A stretch of 64,000 nt of DNA from Chloroflexota bacterium (lineage in GTDB: Bacteria; Chloroflexota; Dehalococcoidia; Lucifugimonadales; UBA3495): the NCBI GenBank assembly GCA_027623675.1, contig JAQBVF010000002.1:64001-128000 (forward strand), written 5' to 3'. How positions within the stretch are numbered: position 1 is the first letter of the stretch; each line of letters starts with the position of its first letter. Of this stretch, positions 50,752-59,663 are shown one piece after another. A model generated the notes under the pieces. The model was not told the origin of the DNA. It made no database searches and saw nothing but the letters and a program-made list of their open reading frames with translations. The position numbers and the translations under genes were made by a program.

Positions 50752-51978
50752 ATGTTCCGCCAACCTACCCAATCCACCAAACCCGTCTCCCGGCTGCAGG
50801 GCATGAACGACCTGTCTGAAGACGCTTGGCGCGGCCGGCTGGGGCTTCAAGACCGGCTCGGCCAGCTTCTCGGCAGCTACGGTTACAGCCTGTTGGAGAC
50901 CCCGGTCTTGGAATCCACCGAGCTGTTTCTACGGAAGTCTGGCGGTGAGTTGGCCTCCCAGCTGTACAGTTTCATCGACGCCGGCAGCAACCACGTAAGT
51001 CTGCGTCCCGAGTTCACCTCGCCCATCATGCGGCACTATCTGGAGAACGCGGCCGGCATCGGCCTGCCAGCCCGGTGGCGGTACTGCGGCCCGGTGTTCC
51101 GGTTCGACGAGTCTCACCCCGAGGCCAGCGGACAGTTCACCCAGGTGGGCGGCGAATTGATCGGCTCATCGGACATCTCAGCCGACATTGAGCTACTGAA
51201 CCTGGCCATTTCCGTGCCCGCCAAATTGGCACTGGACGGCTGGAGTCTGCGGCTGGCCGACCTGGATATCTTGGACAGTTTGCTGGACCCGTTGGGTGTT
51301 TCCGAACGGGCCAGGTCGTTCATCATCCAGAGCATGCCCCGCCTGCGGGAAGGGCACGGCGCCGTATCCAAGCTGGTGGAGGAAGGCCGCCGTCTGCATC
51401 TGGCCGGCGGCGACGGTTCCGGAGACGGTGAAGAAGCCGCTCTGCACCAGGCGGTCCAGGGATTGAACGACGACCAGGCCCGGTCCGTATTGCTGGGCCT
51501 GTTGCGATGGAACTCGGCCGACCACCTGGGGCAGCGGACCCCGGAGGACGTGGTGGAGCGTCTGCTCCGCAAGATACGGGGCGCCGACAGCGAGGACAAG
51601 CTTCGGCAGGGCTTGGAGTTGGCCAGCGACCTAGCGGTTATCAAGGGCGAACCCCAAGCGGCGCTGGAATCGGTCAACGCTGTTCTGGCATCGGCCGGCG
51701 CCAACCGGAACGCAGCCAGTCGCTTGACGGAGATAATCGGCCTGATGGCAGACGGGCAAGATGCCAAGGGCAGGGTTGTGTTGGACTTCAGCCTGGTCCG
51801 CGGCCTGGCCTACTACAACGGCGTGATATTCGAGGTCAGCCATCCCGGTTGGCCAGGACCTTTGGGCGGCGGCGGCCGGTACGACAACCTATCTCGGGCG
51901 CTGGGCGGCAGCGACGCGGTCCCGGCCCTTGGCTTTGCCTATAACCTGGACGCCCTCATCGCCCTGGGCGCAGGCTAG
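50752..51978 (+). CDS. hisZ: ATP phosphoribosyltransferase regulatory subunit
   Basis: HisRS-like core (GY..LETP, LRPEFT, Y.GPVFR, RGLAYYNG, GGGRYD) ending without an anticodon-binding domain; precedes hisG. Confidence 0.88.
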   Translation: MFRQPTQSTKPVSRLQGMNDLSEDAWRGRLGLQDRLGQLLGSYGYSLLETPVLESTELFLRKSGGELASQLYSFIDAGSNHVSLRPEFTSPIMRHYLENAAGIGLPARWRYCGPVFRFDESHPEASGQFTQVGGELIGSSDISADIELLNLAISVPAKLALDGWSLRLADLDILDSLLDPLGVSERARSFIIQSMPRLREGHGAVSKLVEEGRRLHLAGGDGSGDGEEAALHQAVQGLNDDQARSVLLGLLRWNSADHLGQRTPEDVVERLLRKIRGADSEDKLRQGLELASDLAVIKGEPQAALESVNAVLASAGANRNAASRLTEIIGLMADGQDAKGRVVLDFSLVRGLAYYNGVIFEVSHPGWPGPLGGGGRYDNLSRALGGSDAVPALGFAYNLDALIALGAG

Positions 51979-51987
51979 GCCAGGACC

Positions 51988-53031
51988 ATGACCATTCAAG
52001 ACGAGAATAAGAACCGGAGCGATGGCCCCCTGCGCATCGTCCTGCCCAGCGACGGCGAACTGTACGACTCGACCACCGCCTTCATGCGCGCCTGCGGCCT
52101 GGCGGTATCCCGGCCCAACGCCCGGCGCTATACCGGCTCGGTCCCGGCGATACCCGGCGTTGAGGTCCTTTTCCAACGATCGGGGGACGTCACCCAAAAA
52201 GTGGAAGAAGGCAGTGCCGAACTGGGCGTAACGGGCCTGGACAGGGTGCTGGAATACCGCAACGACGAGGCACGGGCGGCGGTGTTGATTGACGACCTGC
52301 GCTACGGCCGCTGCGAGTTTGTCATGGCCGTGCCCAACTCCTGGATGGACGTGACTTCATTGTCTGACCTGGCCGACCTGGCTCTGGAATTCAGGCAGGA
52401 GGGCAAGCAACTCCGCATCGCCACCAAGTATCCCCGGCTGCTTCGCAGCTACCTCTACGAACGGGGCATCAATTTCTTCACTCTGGTGCCGGCCAGCGGC
52501 GCCATGGAAGCAGCCCCGGCAGCGGGTTACGCCGACCTGATAGCCGACCTTACGGCCACCGGCGCCACCCTGAGAGAGAACCAGCTCAAGATGCTGGAAG
52601 AGGGCACGATCCTCACCTCCCAGGCCTGCCTGATCGCCAATCCGGTGCTGCTGTCGGCCTCGAGAGAGATTCGAGGCATGGCCCGGTCGATCGTCGAATT
52701 GATGGAGGGTCACCTGAGGGCAGAACCCTACTACCGCGTCACCGCCAATGTGCGGGCAGGTTCGGCTGAGGAAGCCAGCGCCACGGTCCTGACCCGCCCC
52801 GACCTGGCCGGCCTGCGCGGCCCCACCGTCGCCAGGGTCTACAACGTGGAAGAACAGGACTGGTTCAACGTGAGCCTGCTGATCAAGAAGGGCAAGCTAT
52901 TGGAAGCGGTTGACCACCTGAGAGGCTGCGGCGCCATCGACGTGGCCGCGTCCCAACTCAGCTACCTGTTCGACGGCCATTCCGAGGCCTACAGGTCGTT
53001 GTTCGGTGAGGAATCCGCCACCCGGAACTAA
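51988..53031 (+). CDS. hisG: ATP phosphoribosyltransferase, long form
   Basis: LGVTGLD, RIATKYP, GAMEAAP, ADLIADLTATGATLRENQL; C-terminal regulatory domain (GLRGPTV..W). Confidence 0.93.
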   Translation: MTIQDENKNRSDGPLRIVLPSDGELYDSTTAFMRACGLAVSRPNARRYTGSVPAIPGVEVLFQRSGDVTQKVEEGSAELGVTGLDRVLEYRNDEARAAVLIDDLRYGRCEFVMAVPNSWMDVTSLSDLADLALEFRQEGKQLRIATKYPRLLRSYLYERGINFFTLVPASGAMEAAPAAGYADLIADLTATGATLRENQLKMLEEGTILTSQACLIANPVLLSASREIRGMARSIVELMEGHLRAEPYYRVTANVRAGSAEEASATVLTRPDLAGLRGPTVARVYNVEEQDWFNVSLLIKKGKLLEAVDHLRGCGAIDVAASQLSYLFDGHSEAYRSLFGEESATRN

Positions 53032-53050
53032 CCCGCAGGGTCTAGAAGAA

Positions 53051-53809
53051 ATGCCAAACCTGCCGATGCACATATACCTGGCCAATCTGGCTGCAGAGGA
53101 GCTGGACCGTGGTTACTTACACGACCACCGGGGCAGCTTTTATCTGGGTTCGACTGCTCCGGACATCCGCGCCATGACCAGGAAACCCAGGGAGCTGACC
53201 CACTTCGCGCCCCTGTCGGTGGAGGAAGTCGGCACCGGGACCAGGACCATGTTCCAGATGCATCCCGAGTTGAGCGACGCGTTGACGCCGGCCTCTCAGG
53301 CGTTCTTGGCTGGCTACATCTGCCATCTGGCGGCGGACGAGATCTGGATCACCAGCGTGTTCCGGCACAATTTCGACACGTCTTTGGAAGACAGCCGCTT
53401 GACCGACGACGAGGTGCAAGCCAACATCTGGGACCGCGCGATGCAACTGGACCTGGACCGTCAGACCCTCAGCCAGTTCGACGGGGACAATCACCCGAAA
53501 CGGCTGTTAGCCTGCTCCGATCAGGACGTGTCCATGCCTTTCTTTGAAGACGGCCTTCTGGCAGAGTGGAAGGACCGGGTTGGGCGGTTCGCTGTCTGGG
53601 AGTTCAACTGGGACCGATTGAAAAGCGCCCTCAACCGGCTGTACCGTGATGACGAACAGGTGCAACAGGCCGTGGAGAAGTTCCTGGATGGGATGCCACG
53701 CAGTCTGGAACAGGTCTACAAGAAAGTCCCCGAGGGCGAGATCTCGGCCTACCAGCAACGGGCCGTGTCCGCCACCATCGACCAAGTCCGGGAGTTTATG
53801 CCGGAGTAG
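53051..53809 (+). CDS. Zinc-dependent phospholipase C / P1-nuclease fold hydrolase
   Basis: MP....H N-terminus, GSTAPD, TH, GYICHLAAD..W; start moved to ATG 53051. Confidence 0.75.
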   Translation: MPNLPMHIYLANLAAEELDRGYLHDHRGSFYLGSTAPDIRAMTRKPRELTHFAPLSVEEVGTGTRTMFQMHPELSDALTPASQAFLAGYICHLAADEIWITSVFRHNFDTSLEDSRLTDDEVQANIWDRAMQLDLDRQTLSQFDGDNHPKRLLACSDQDVSMPFFEDGLLAEWKDRVGRFAVWEFNWDRLKSALNRLYRDDEQVQQAVEKFLDGMPRSLEQVYKKVPEGEISAYQQRAVSATIDQVREFMPE

Positions 53810-53838
53810 AATGGGCAACGGATATAGGGAGAATCAAC

Positions 53839-55170
53839 GTGGCGCTTAATGTGATACATGGAGTCAAGAACGCCGAGAACGTTCTGGTCCGCATCGACCC
53901 TTTGGACCTGGACTCATTACCCGAGTCAGTGCTGGCTCGGACCGAGGCCGCCTTCGGCAAAGGCGTGACCCCGCTTCAGTCGATCAACCAGATGCTGGAC
54001 GACGTGCGCCGGGAGGGCGACGCCGCGGTGTTACGCTACGCCAAACTCCTAGACGGCTCGGACCTGGAAGAGTTCCGGGTGACCGAAGCCCAGATGGCCC
54101 AGGCCAGAGATTCGATCAGCAAGGAACTTCGGGAGGCGTTGGAGATGGCCGCTGACCGGGTGCGGAGCTTCCACGAATCCACCATGCCCAAAGACTGGAT
54201 CGACCGCGAACAGGGCCTTGGCGAATTGGTCCGCCCCCTGGACCGGGTCGGCCTCTACGCCCCCGGCGGCAGCGCCGCCTACCCTTCCACCGTGCTGATG
54301 ACCGCCGTGCCGGCCAGGGTGGCCGGCGTCCGTGAGGTCATCCTCTGCACACCGCCCCTCCGTGGGGAATCGCTGAATCCAGCCGTGATTGCCGCCGCCG
54401 AGATCGCCGGGGTCGACGCCCTCTATCAGGTGGGCGGAGTGCCTGCCATCGCGGCCATGGCCTACGGCACCAAGTCGATCCCCAAGGTGGACAAGATATG
54501 CGGGCCCGGCAACGTCTTCGTGGCGATGGCCAAGAAACTAGTCCAGGGCCAGGTGGCCATCGACGGCGTATTCGGCCCAACCGAGACGATCGTGCTGGCC
54601 GATGACACCGCCAACGCCTATTTCTGCGCGGCCGACCTCATAGCCCAGGCCGAACACGACCCGCTGGCCACGGCCATCATGATCACAACCAGCCAGGACC
54701 TGATCAACCGCACCGAAGCGGAGGTCGACCGGATGCTGGCCTCCCAGCCCAGAGGCGACGTGGCCAAAGCAGCTTTGGACCGTCAGGGCAGGGTTGTCTT
54801 GGTGGACTCGCTGGACGAAGCCGTTGACCTGGTGAACCGGATAGCCCCAGAGCACCTGTGCCTGCTGGTGGCGGACCCCTGGTCCTGGGTCGGCAAGATC
54901 AAGCACGCCGGCGGCCTGTTCCTTGGCGAGTTCTCGCCGGAGGTCATGGGCGACTATATCGCCGGGCCCAGCCACGTCATGCCCACCGGGGGCACCGCCA
55001 GGTTCGGTTCCGCCCTGAGCGTGCACCATTTCCTGCGCACCATGCCGGTGGTCGGTCTCAGCCCCACCGAGTTCAAAAAGCTGGGCCGGGCCGCCGTGCA
55101 CATCGCCGACGCCGAAGGACTCTCCGGGCACGCCACCGCCATCCAGGTCAGACTGGACTCGCTGAACTAA
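53839..55170 (+). CDS. hisD: Histidinol dehydrogenase
   Basis: GLYAPGG, YPSTVLM, DKICGPGN, DLIAQAEHD, APEHL, GDYIAGPSHVMPT. Confidence 0.96.
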   Translation: MALNVIHGVKNAENVLVRIDPLDLDSLPESVLARTEAAFGKGVTPLQSINQMLDDVRREGDAAVLRYAKLLDGSDLEEFRVTEAQMAQARDSISKELREALEMAADRVRSFHESTMPKDWIDREQGLGELVRPLDRVGLYAPGGSAAYPSTVLMTAVPARVAGVREVILCTPPLRGESLNPAVIAAAEIAGVDALYQVGGVPAIAAMAYGTKSIPKVDKICGPGNVFVAMAKKLVQGQVAIDGVFGPTETIVLADDTANAYFCAADLIAQAEHDPLATAIMITTSQDLINRTEAEVDRMLASQPRGDVAKAALDRQGRVVLVDSLDEAVDLVNRIAPEHLCLLVADPWSWVGKIKHAGGLFLGEFSPEVMGDYIAGPSHVMPTGGTARFGSALSVHHFLRTMPVVGLSPTEFKKLGRAAVHIADAEGLSGHATAIQVRLDSLN

Positions 55171-55206
55171 GGCGCATGCGTGCCAGCATGATCCGGCAAT
55201 CCACCA

Positions 55207-56325
55207 ATGGCCCAGAGCGCAATGAATCAGAATAAATCATCAAATAAACTGCCGCCCATGTTGCCCCACATCCAAGCCTTGGAAACATATCAGGGCGTGG
55301 ACCCCATGGAAGTCATGGCCGAGCGGGCCGGTATCGCCCCCGACAAGATCATCCGCCTGAACGGCAATGAGAACCCGTATGGGCCTTCGCCCAACGTTGC
55401 CGCGGCTTTGGGCGGGTATCCCAATTTCAACTACTACCCCGACCCCGACCAGCGCACCCTGCGCCGGGTGCTTTCAGGCTATATGAACGTTGAGCCGGAG
55501 CGGATCGTGGCCGGAAACGGCAGCGACGAGCTGATTGACCTGCTGCTGCGGATGTACGTGGGCATCGGCGACAACGTAATCGTTCCCTCGCCGACCTTCG
55601 GCATGTACTCGTTCTCGGCGGGCATCTGCGGCGGCAAGGCCATCGCGGTGGAGCGCGACGATAACTTCGAGATTGACTTGGAGGCGATGAAGGCGGCCAT
55701 CACCCCCCAGAGCAAGATCATCTTCCTGACCTCGCCCAACAACCCCACCGGCAACATCGTTCCAGAGGCCCAGACCAGGGCATTGCTGGACACCGGGCTG
55801 ATCGTGGTGATGGACGAAGCCTACTTCGAGTTCTGCGGCGACACCGCCATCCCGCTGCTGGCCGATTACCCGAACCTGGTGGTGCTGCGTACCTTCAGCA
55901 AATGGGCCGGACTGGCCGGATTGCGCATCGGAGTCGGCGCCATGGACCCCGAACTGGCCGCAACCATGATGGCCATGAAGCCGCCCTACAACGTGAACCT
56001 GGCCGCCGAGGTCGCCCTGATCTCGTCCCTGGAAGACACGCCGGGGCTGCTGGTCCGGGTGAAGCAGATCGTGGATGAGCGCGACCGGATGATGCAGATG
56101 TTGCAGCAGGTCCCCAACCTGACCCCCTGGCCGTCACGAGCCAACTTCATACTCTGTCAGGTGCCCGAGGGCCGGGGCCAAGAGGTATTCGACGGCCTGT
56201 GCAGCCGGGGGATTTTCCTGCGGTATTGGAGCAGCGGCCGGTTGAAGGACTACATCCGCACCAGCGTCGGGCTGCCCCATGAGACCGACGCCGTGGTGGC
56301 GGCTTTCGCGGAATTATGCGCTTAG
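55207..56325 (+). CDS. hisC: Histidinol-phosphate aminotransferase
   Basis: LNGNENPY, YPD, GNGSDELI, SPNNPTG, DEAYFEF, RTFSKWAGLAGLRIG. Confidence 0.95.
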   Translation: MAQSAMNQNKSSNKLPPMLPHIQALETYQGVDPMEVMAERAGIAPDKIIRLNGNENPYGPSPNVAAALGGYPNFNYYPDPDQRTLRRVLSGYMNVEPERIVAGNGSDELIDLLLRMYVGIGDNVIVPSPTFGMYSFSAGICGGKAIAVERDDNFEIDLEAMKAAITPQSKIIFLTSPNNPTGNIVPEAQTRALLDTGLIVVMDEAYFEFCGDTAIPLLADYPNLVVLRTFSKWAGLAGLRIGVGAMDPELAATMMAMKPPYNVNLAAEVALISSLEDTPGLLVRVKQIVDERDRMMQMLQQVPNLTPWPSRANFILCQVPEGRGQEVFDGLCSRGIFLRYWSSGRLKDYIRTSVGLPHETDAVVAAFAELCA

Positions 56326-56416
56326 CCGGCTCGCCTGATCAGATTGCTCCAGCCATGTGCCCTACCCAGTCCCTAAACGTGTGCCCAACCGTGTGCCTAA
56401 CCATATGGAGAAAGTG

Positions 56417-57034
56417 ATGGCGTCTACCCCTACCAACAATGGCCGGACAGCGGCTATTGAACGCAAGACCAGCGAGACCGAGATATCCCTGAGCCTGAAC
56501 CTAGACGGGACCGGCGTCTACGACGTGGACACCGGCAACGGGTTCCTCGACCACATGGTCAGCCAGATATCCCGGCACGGATTGATCGACATAACACTGA
56601 AAGCCAAAGGCGATCTTCACGTGGGTTGGCACCACCTGGTGGAGGACGTGGCGATCACGCTGGGGCGGGCGTTCAACGAGGCTTTGGGCGAGGCGCGGGG
56701 CATCCGCCGCATGGGCCACGCCATAGTTCCCCTGGATGAGACGCTGGCCATGGTGGCGCTGGACTGCAGCGGACGGGGTTACGCCGTGATCGAAACAACC
56801 CTGGACGACACCATGGTGGAGACGCTGCCCGGCGCGTTGGTGAAACACTTCTTCGAGTCATTCGCGCTGGAAGGCAAGATAAACCTCCACGCTCAGATCA
56901 TGACCGGCACCAGCCCCCACCACAAGGCCGAAGCGCTCTGCAAAGCCCTGGCCCGCTCCCTGCGCGACGCGTTGGAGCCGGACCCCCGCGCCCCGTCCCA
57001 GATACCCAGCACCAAGGGCACTCTGAGCGGCTAG
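56417..57034 (+). CDS. hisB: Imidazoleglycerol-phosphate dehydratase (monofunctional)
   Basis: RKTSET, FLDHM, HHLVED, PLDE, HHKAEA, PSTKG; ATG 56417 after GGAG; no HAD phosphatase domain. Confidence 0.95.
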   Translation: MASTPTNNGRTAAIERKTSETEISLSLNLDGTGVYDVDTGNGFLDHMVSQISRHGLIDITLKAKGDLHVGWHHLVEDVAITLGRAFNEALGEARGIRRMGHAIVPLDETLAMVALDCSGRGYAVIETTLDDTMVETLPGALVKHFFESFALEGKINLHAQIMTGTSPHHKAEALCKALARSLRDALEPDPRAPSQIPSTKGTLSG

Positions 57035-57708
57035 GTGCGAGTGGCGACCCACAGGAAATAATATCCGCCGCCTTTACGTCCGCTGCGGGCGCGTGCCTTA
57101 ACTTCCTCGACCTTGAATCCGGTCTTGATCAGCCTTCTGGTAAACGCTGGGTCAGGATCGGTTGACCAGATGGACAAAACGCCTTGCGGCCGCAGAGCGG
57201 CGAAAGACGCTTCCAGGCCGTTATTGCCATAGATCCAGTCATTGCCCTCCTGGGTCATTGCCTGCGGGCCATTGTCGACGTCGAGCATGATAGCGTTGTA
57301 ATCACCCTTGCCGTCCTTTATCATCTGCGCGACATCGGTCACCCGGACCGTGACCCGGCCATCATCAAGTGGACTACGGGCGAGATGAGCAAGGAAGTCC
57401 CGGTTCCACTGCACCACTTCGGGCACTATCTCGGCGACTACAACTTGGGCGTCGGCTTTGAGTTCATCCAGGGCCGATCTCAGGGTGTAACCCAGCCCCA
57501 GACCGCCGATCAGGACCCTGACCTCCGGGAAGACGGCGATCTTTTCACAGGCGAGTTTGGCTAAAGCGTCTTCCGATCCATGGACCTGACTGTTCATGAG
57601 TTCCCGGTTGTCAGCTTTGATCGAGAACTCAGTGTCCCGCTGGTACAACCGGAGCTCAACCCCGTTCCGAGACGTCTTTGCAGTGCCGAGCAACTTCCAG
57701 GGAATCAT
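57031..57708 (-). CDS. Spermidine-synthase-like class I SAM-dependent methyltransferase
   Basis: LMNS...SE..LA, VLIGGLGLGYTL, VAEIVPEV, LDVDNGP, GVLSIWS. Confidence 0.85.
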   Translation of the reverse strand: MIPWKLLGTAKTSRNGVELRLYQRDTEFSIKADNRELMNSQVHGSEDALAKLACEKIAVFPEVRVLIGGLGLGYTLRSALDELKADAQVVVAEIVPEVVQWNRDFLAHLARSPLDDGRVTVRVTDVAQMIKDGKGDYNAIMLDVDNGPQAMTQEGNDWIYGNNGLEASFAALRPQGVLSIWSTDPDPAFTRRLIKTGFKVEEVKARARSGRKGGGYYFLWVATRT

Positions 57709-57716
57709 GGGTTACT

Positions 57717-58110
57717 CTACACCCAACCCTTGCTGGCGATTAACCCGGGGGAGTCGTCCTCGACTCCGAAGTCTTTGATCACGTTTTGTCACGTTGGTGT
57801 GGTCCTTATAGATCTGCCACTTGTCGTGCAGGTCGGCGGTTGCCTATGGGCAGTATATGCTTGATGCCCTTCACCTGCCCTTGGTGGTTCTTGTGGTGGT
57901 TCTTGGCGATCAGGGTCAACGCCTCCTTGGTCTTGGCCCGCGATTCTCCCACCGGGACCACGTTGTTCAGCAAGCCGCCCTGGAGAACCCCTTGGCCTTG
58001 GGCCAGCCCGTCCCTCAAGCCGATAACCGGCTTGGGTGACGTCGAGCTATCATACATCCATTGGGAGTGCTGGACGTCCCGCTCCTCCTCGGGGCGGTCA
58101 CGGGCGTCAC
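57717..58110 (-). pseudogene. Decayed partial duplicate of the crotonase gene at 59664-60434
   Basis: EEERDV, HSQWMYD.S.SPKPVIG, TLIAKNH, VKGIK, FGVED match the intact copy; 5' part missing, with internal deletions and frameshifts. Confidence 0.9.
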
Positions 58111-58407
58111 GGCGACAAAGCCAGATCATCTACCCGCGCTCATCCGGCGTATAGTTTTAGGTGCTGGCCCTTAGCGGGTTTGTAGTACACCCTCAAGAAT
58201 CGCACCATATCTTCCGGTAGGCTGTCTCTAGGATGTCTCCCTAGATCGTTCCACCAGAGATTCAGGGGGGCGTTAACTTAGACGTTCCTTGAGAAGTTCC
58301 CAGGTGCGGTCCGAACATGGACCACAACTGGAACCGCCTGATCCGGGGCTCCAGGCCAGCGGCATCGCCGCCGGTCGCCCTCGAGATCGGCTTCATCCGG
58401 GGGGTGA

Positions 58408-59616
58408 GTGGTGCGGAAATCTTCGGCAATCGCGTTGGTTATCGCGGGTATCTTTTTCTCTGTCTTTGCCGTCCTTGGAGCGGCCCCGTCCACGGTGTCC
58501 ATATCTCCACCGGGCGCGGCGCCAAGTTTGACGGTAACCCCATCCAGCGGCCCCAGGGGAACTCAGGTCACCATCGACGGCGAAAACTTCACCAACAGCG
58601 GCAATATAGCCGCCAATGGAATCACGCTGGACGGCATCCCAATGGTCCACCCACAGATCGCCGCGACCGGCGGTGGTGAATTGAGCGCCAGCTTCAGGGT
58701 GCCGGCAACCACCGGATTGGGCGCCAAGCCAGTATCGGTTATCGATTCTGGTTCTCTGGCCGGCGCGGCCACATTCACAGTTACCCAGCCAACAATAGCG
58801 ATCAGTCCCGCCACGGCGGTCATGGGCCAAGTTATCACTGTCACCGGGACCGGTTGGGTGCCGCTAACGTCCGCGGCCCTGACGTTAACTTCCGGTGGCG
58901 TGGTGGTGGGGATCCACTCCGCGGACGCCGATGCCAACGGGGGCTTTGTTGCCAAGATAGCGTTGCCCAACACGGTAGGCGTGGGACCCAAAGAGGTTTC
59001 GTTCACCGCCGCGGATGCCGGTTCGTTGGGTAACACCGCCTCCGGGCAGACCCTGACGGTTACCGCTCCCACTATGACATTGTCGGCGGCCGAGGCAACG
59101 GTGGGGTCCGAAGTTACGGTCACTGCCGCCGGCTTCATGCCCTACACCGCCCTAACGGCATTCTCCATCGGCGCCGCGGATGTCAGGCGGGGCGTGGCGA
59201 TAACCGATTCCACGGGTAGCTTATCCGTCACGTCAATGGTGCCCGGATTCTCGGGAGCGCAATCGGTCTCTATCACCGTTGGGGGGGTTACATCCTCCAA
59301 ATCAATAAAGGTGAAACCAGCGTCTACGCCTGAGCCCGAGCCAGCGGCGGCAACACCGGCCGAGCCTCTGCCACCCGCGCCCCTGGATGAAGTGTTCGCC
59401 AACCTCATCGCCAACGATGGCAACTTGGTCCGGATATTCCGGTTCGACAACTCCACTCAGACTTGGGCGTTCTTCGACCCGCGGCCCGCGTTCGTCAGCA
59501 CCAACGACCTGACCGCCGCTGGGTCCGGCGACATCGTGTGGGTCAAGGTGAACACCCAGCAGGAGTTCCGGGGAAGGATTCTGCTCCCTGGCTGGAGCTT
59601 GTTCTCGCTGGAGTGA
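58408..59616 (+). CDS. Secreted/surface protein with IPT/TIG-like beta repeats, Pro/Ala linker and C-terminal domain
   Basis: Signal-peptide-like N-terminus; three ~95-aa repeats (P.SG..GT.VTI.G.NF / G..ITVTGTGW / GSEVTVTAAGF); PEPEPAAATP linker. Confidence 0.75.
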   Translation: MVRKSSAIALVIAGIFFSVFAVLGAAPSTVSISPPGAAPSLTVTPSSGPRGTQVTIDGENFTNSGNIAANGITLDGIPMVHPQIAATGGGELSASFRVPATTGLGAKPVSVIDSGSLAGAATFTVTQPTIAISPATAVMGQVITVTGTGWVPLTSAALTLTSGGVVVGIHSADADANGGFVAKIALPNTVGVGPKEVSFTAADAGSLGNTASGQTLTVTAPTMTLSAAEATVGSEVTVTAAGFMPYTALTAFSIGAADVRRGVAITDSTGSLSVTSMVPGFSGAQSVSITVGGVTSSKSIKVKPASTPEPEPAAATPAEPLPPAPLDEVFANLIANDGNLVRIFRFDNSTQTWAFFDPRPAFVSTNDLTAAGSGDIVWVKVNTQQEFRGRILLPGWSLFSLE

Positions 59617-59663
59617 CGCTTCGAAGGCCACCGGGTTTCGGCGGAATGAACGGTCCGCCCGGT

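Noticed and set aside
50752..51978. Histidine--tRNA ligase (hisS)
   Set aside because: Lacks the C-terminal anticodon-binding domain and abuts hisG, so HisZ
57806..58129. 107-aa ORF as a functional small protein
   Set aside because: It is the largest open piece of the crotonase pseudogene
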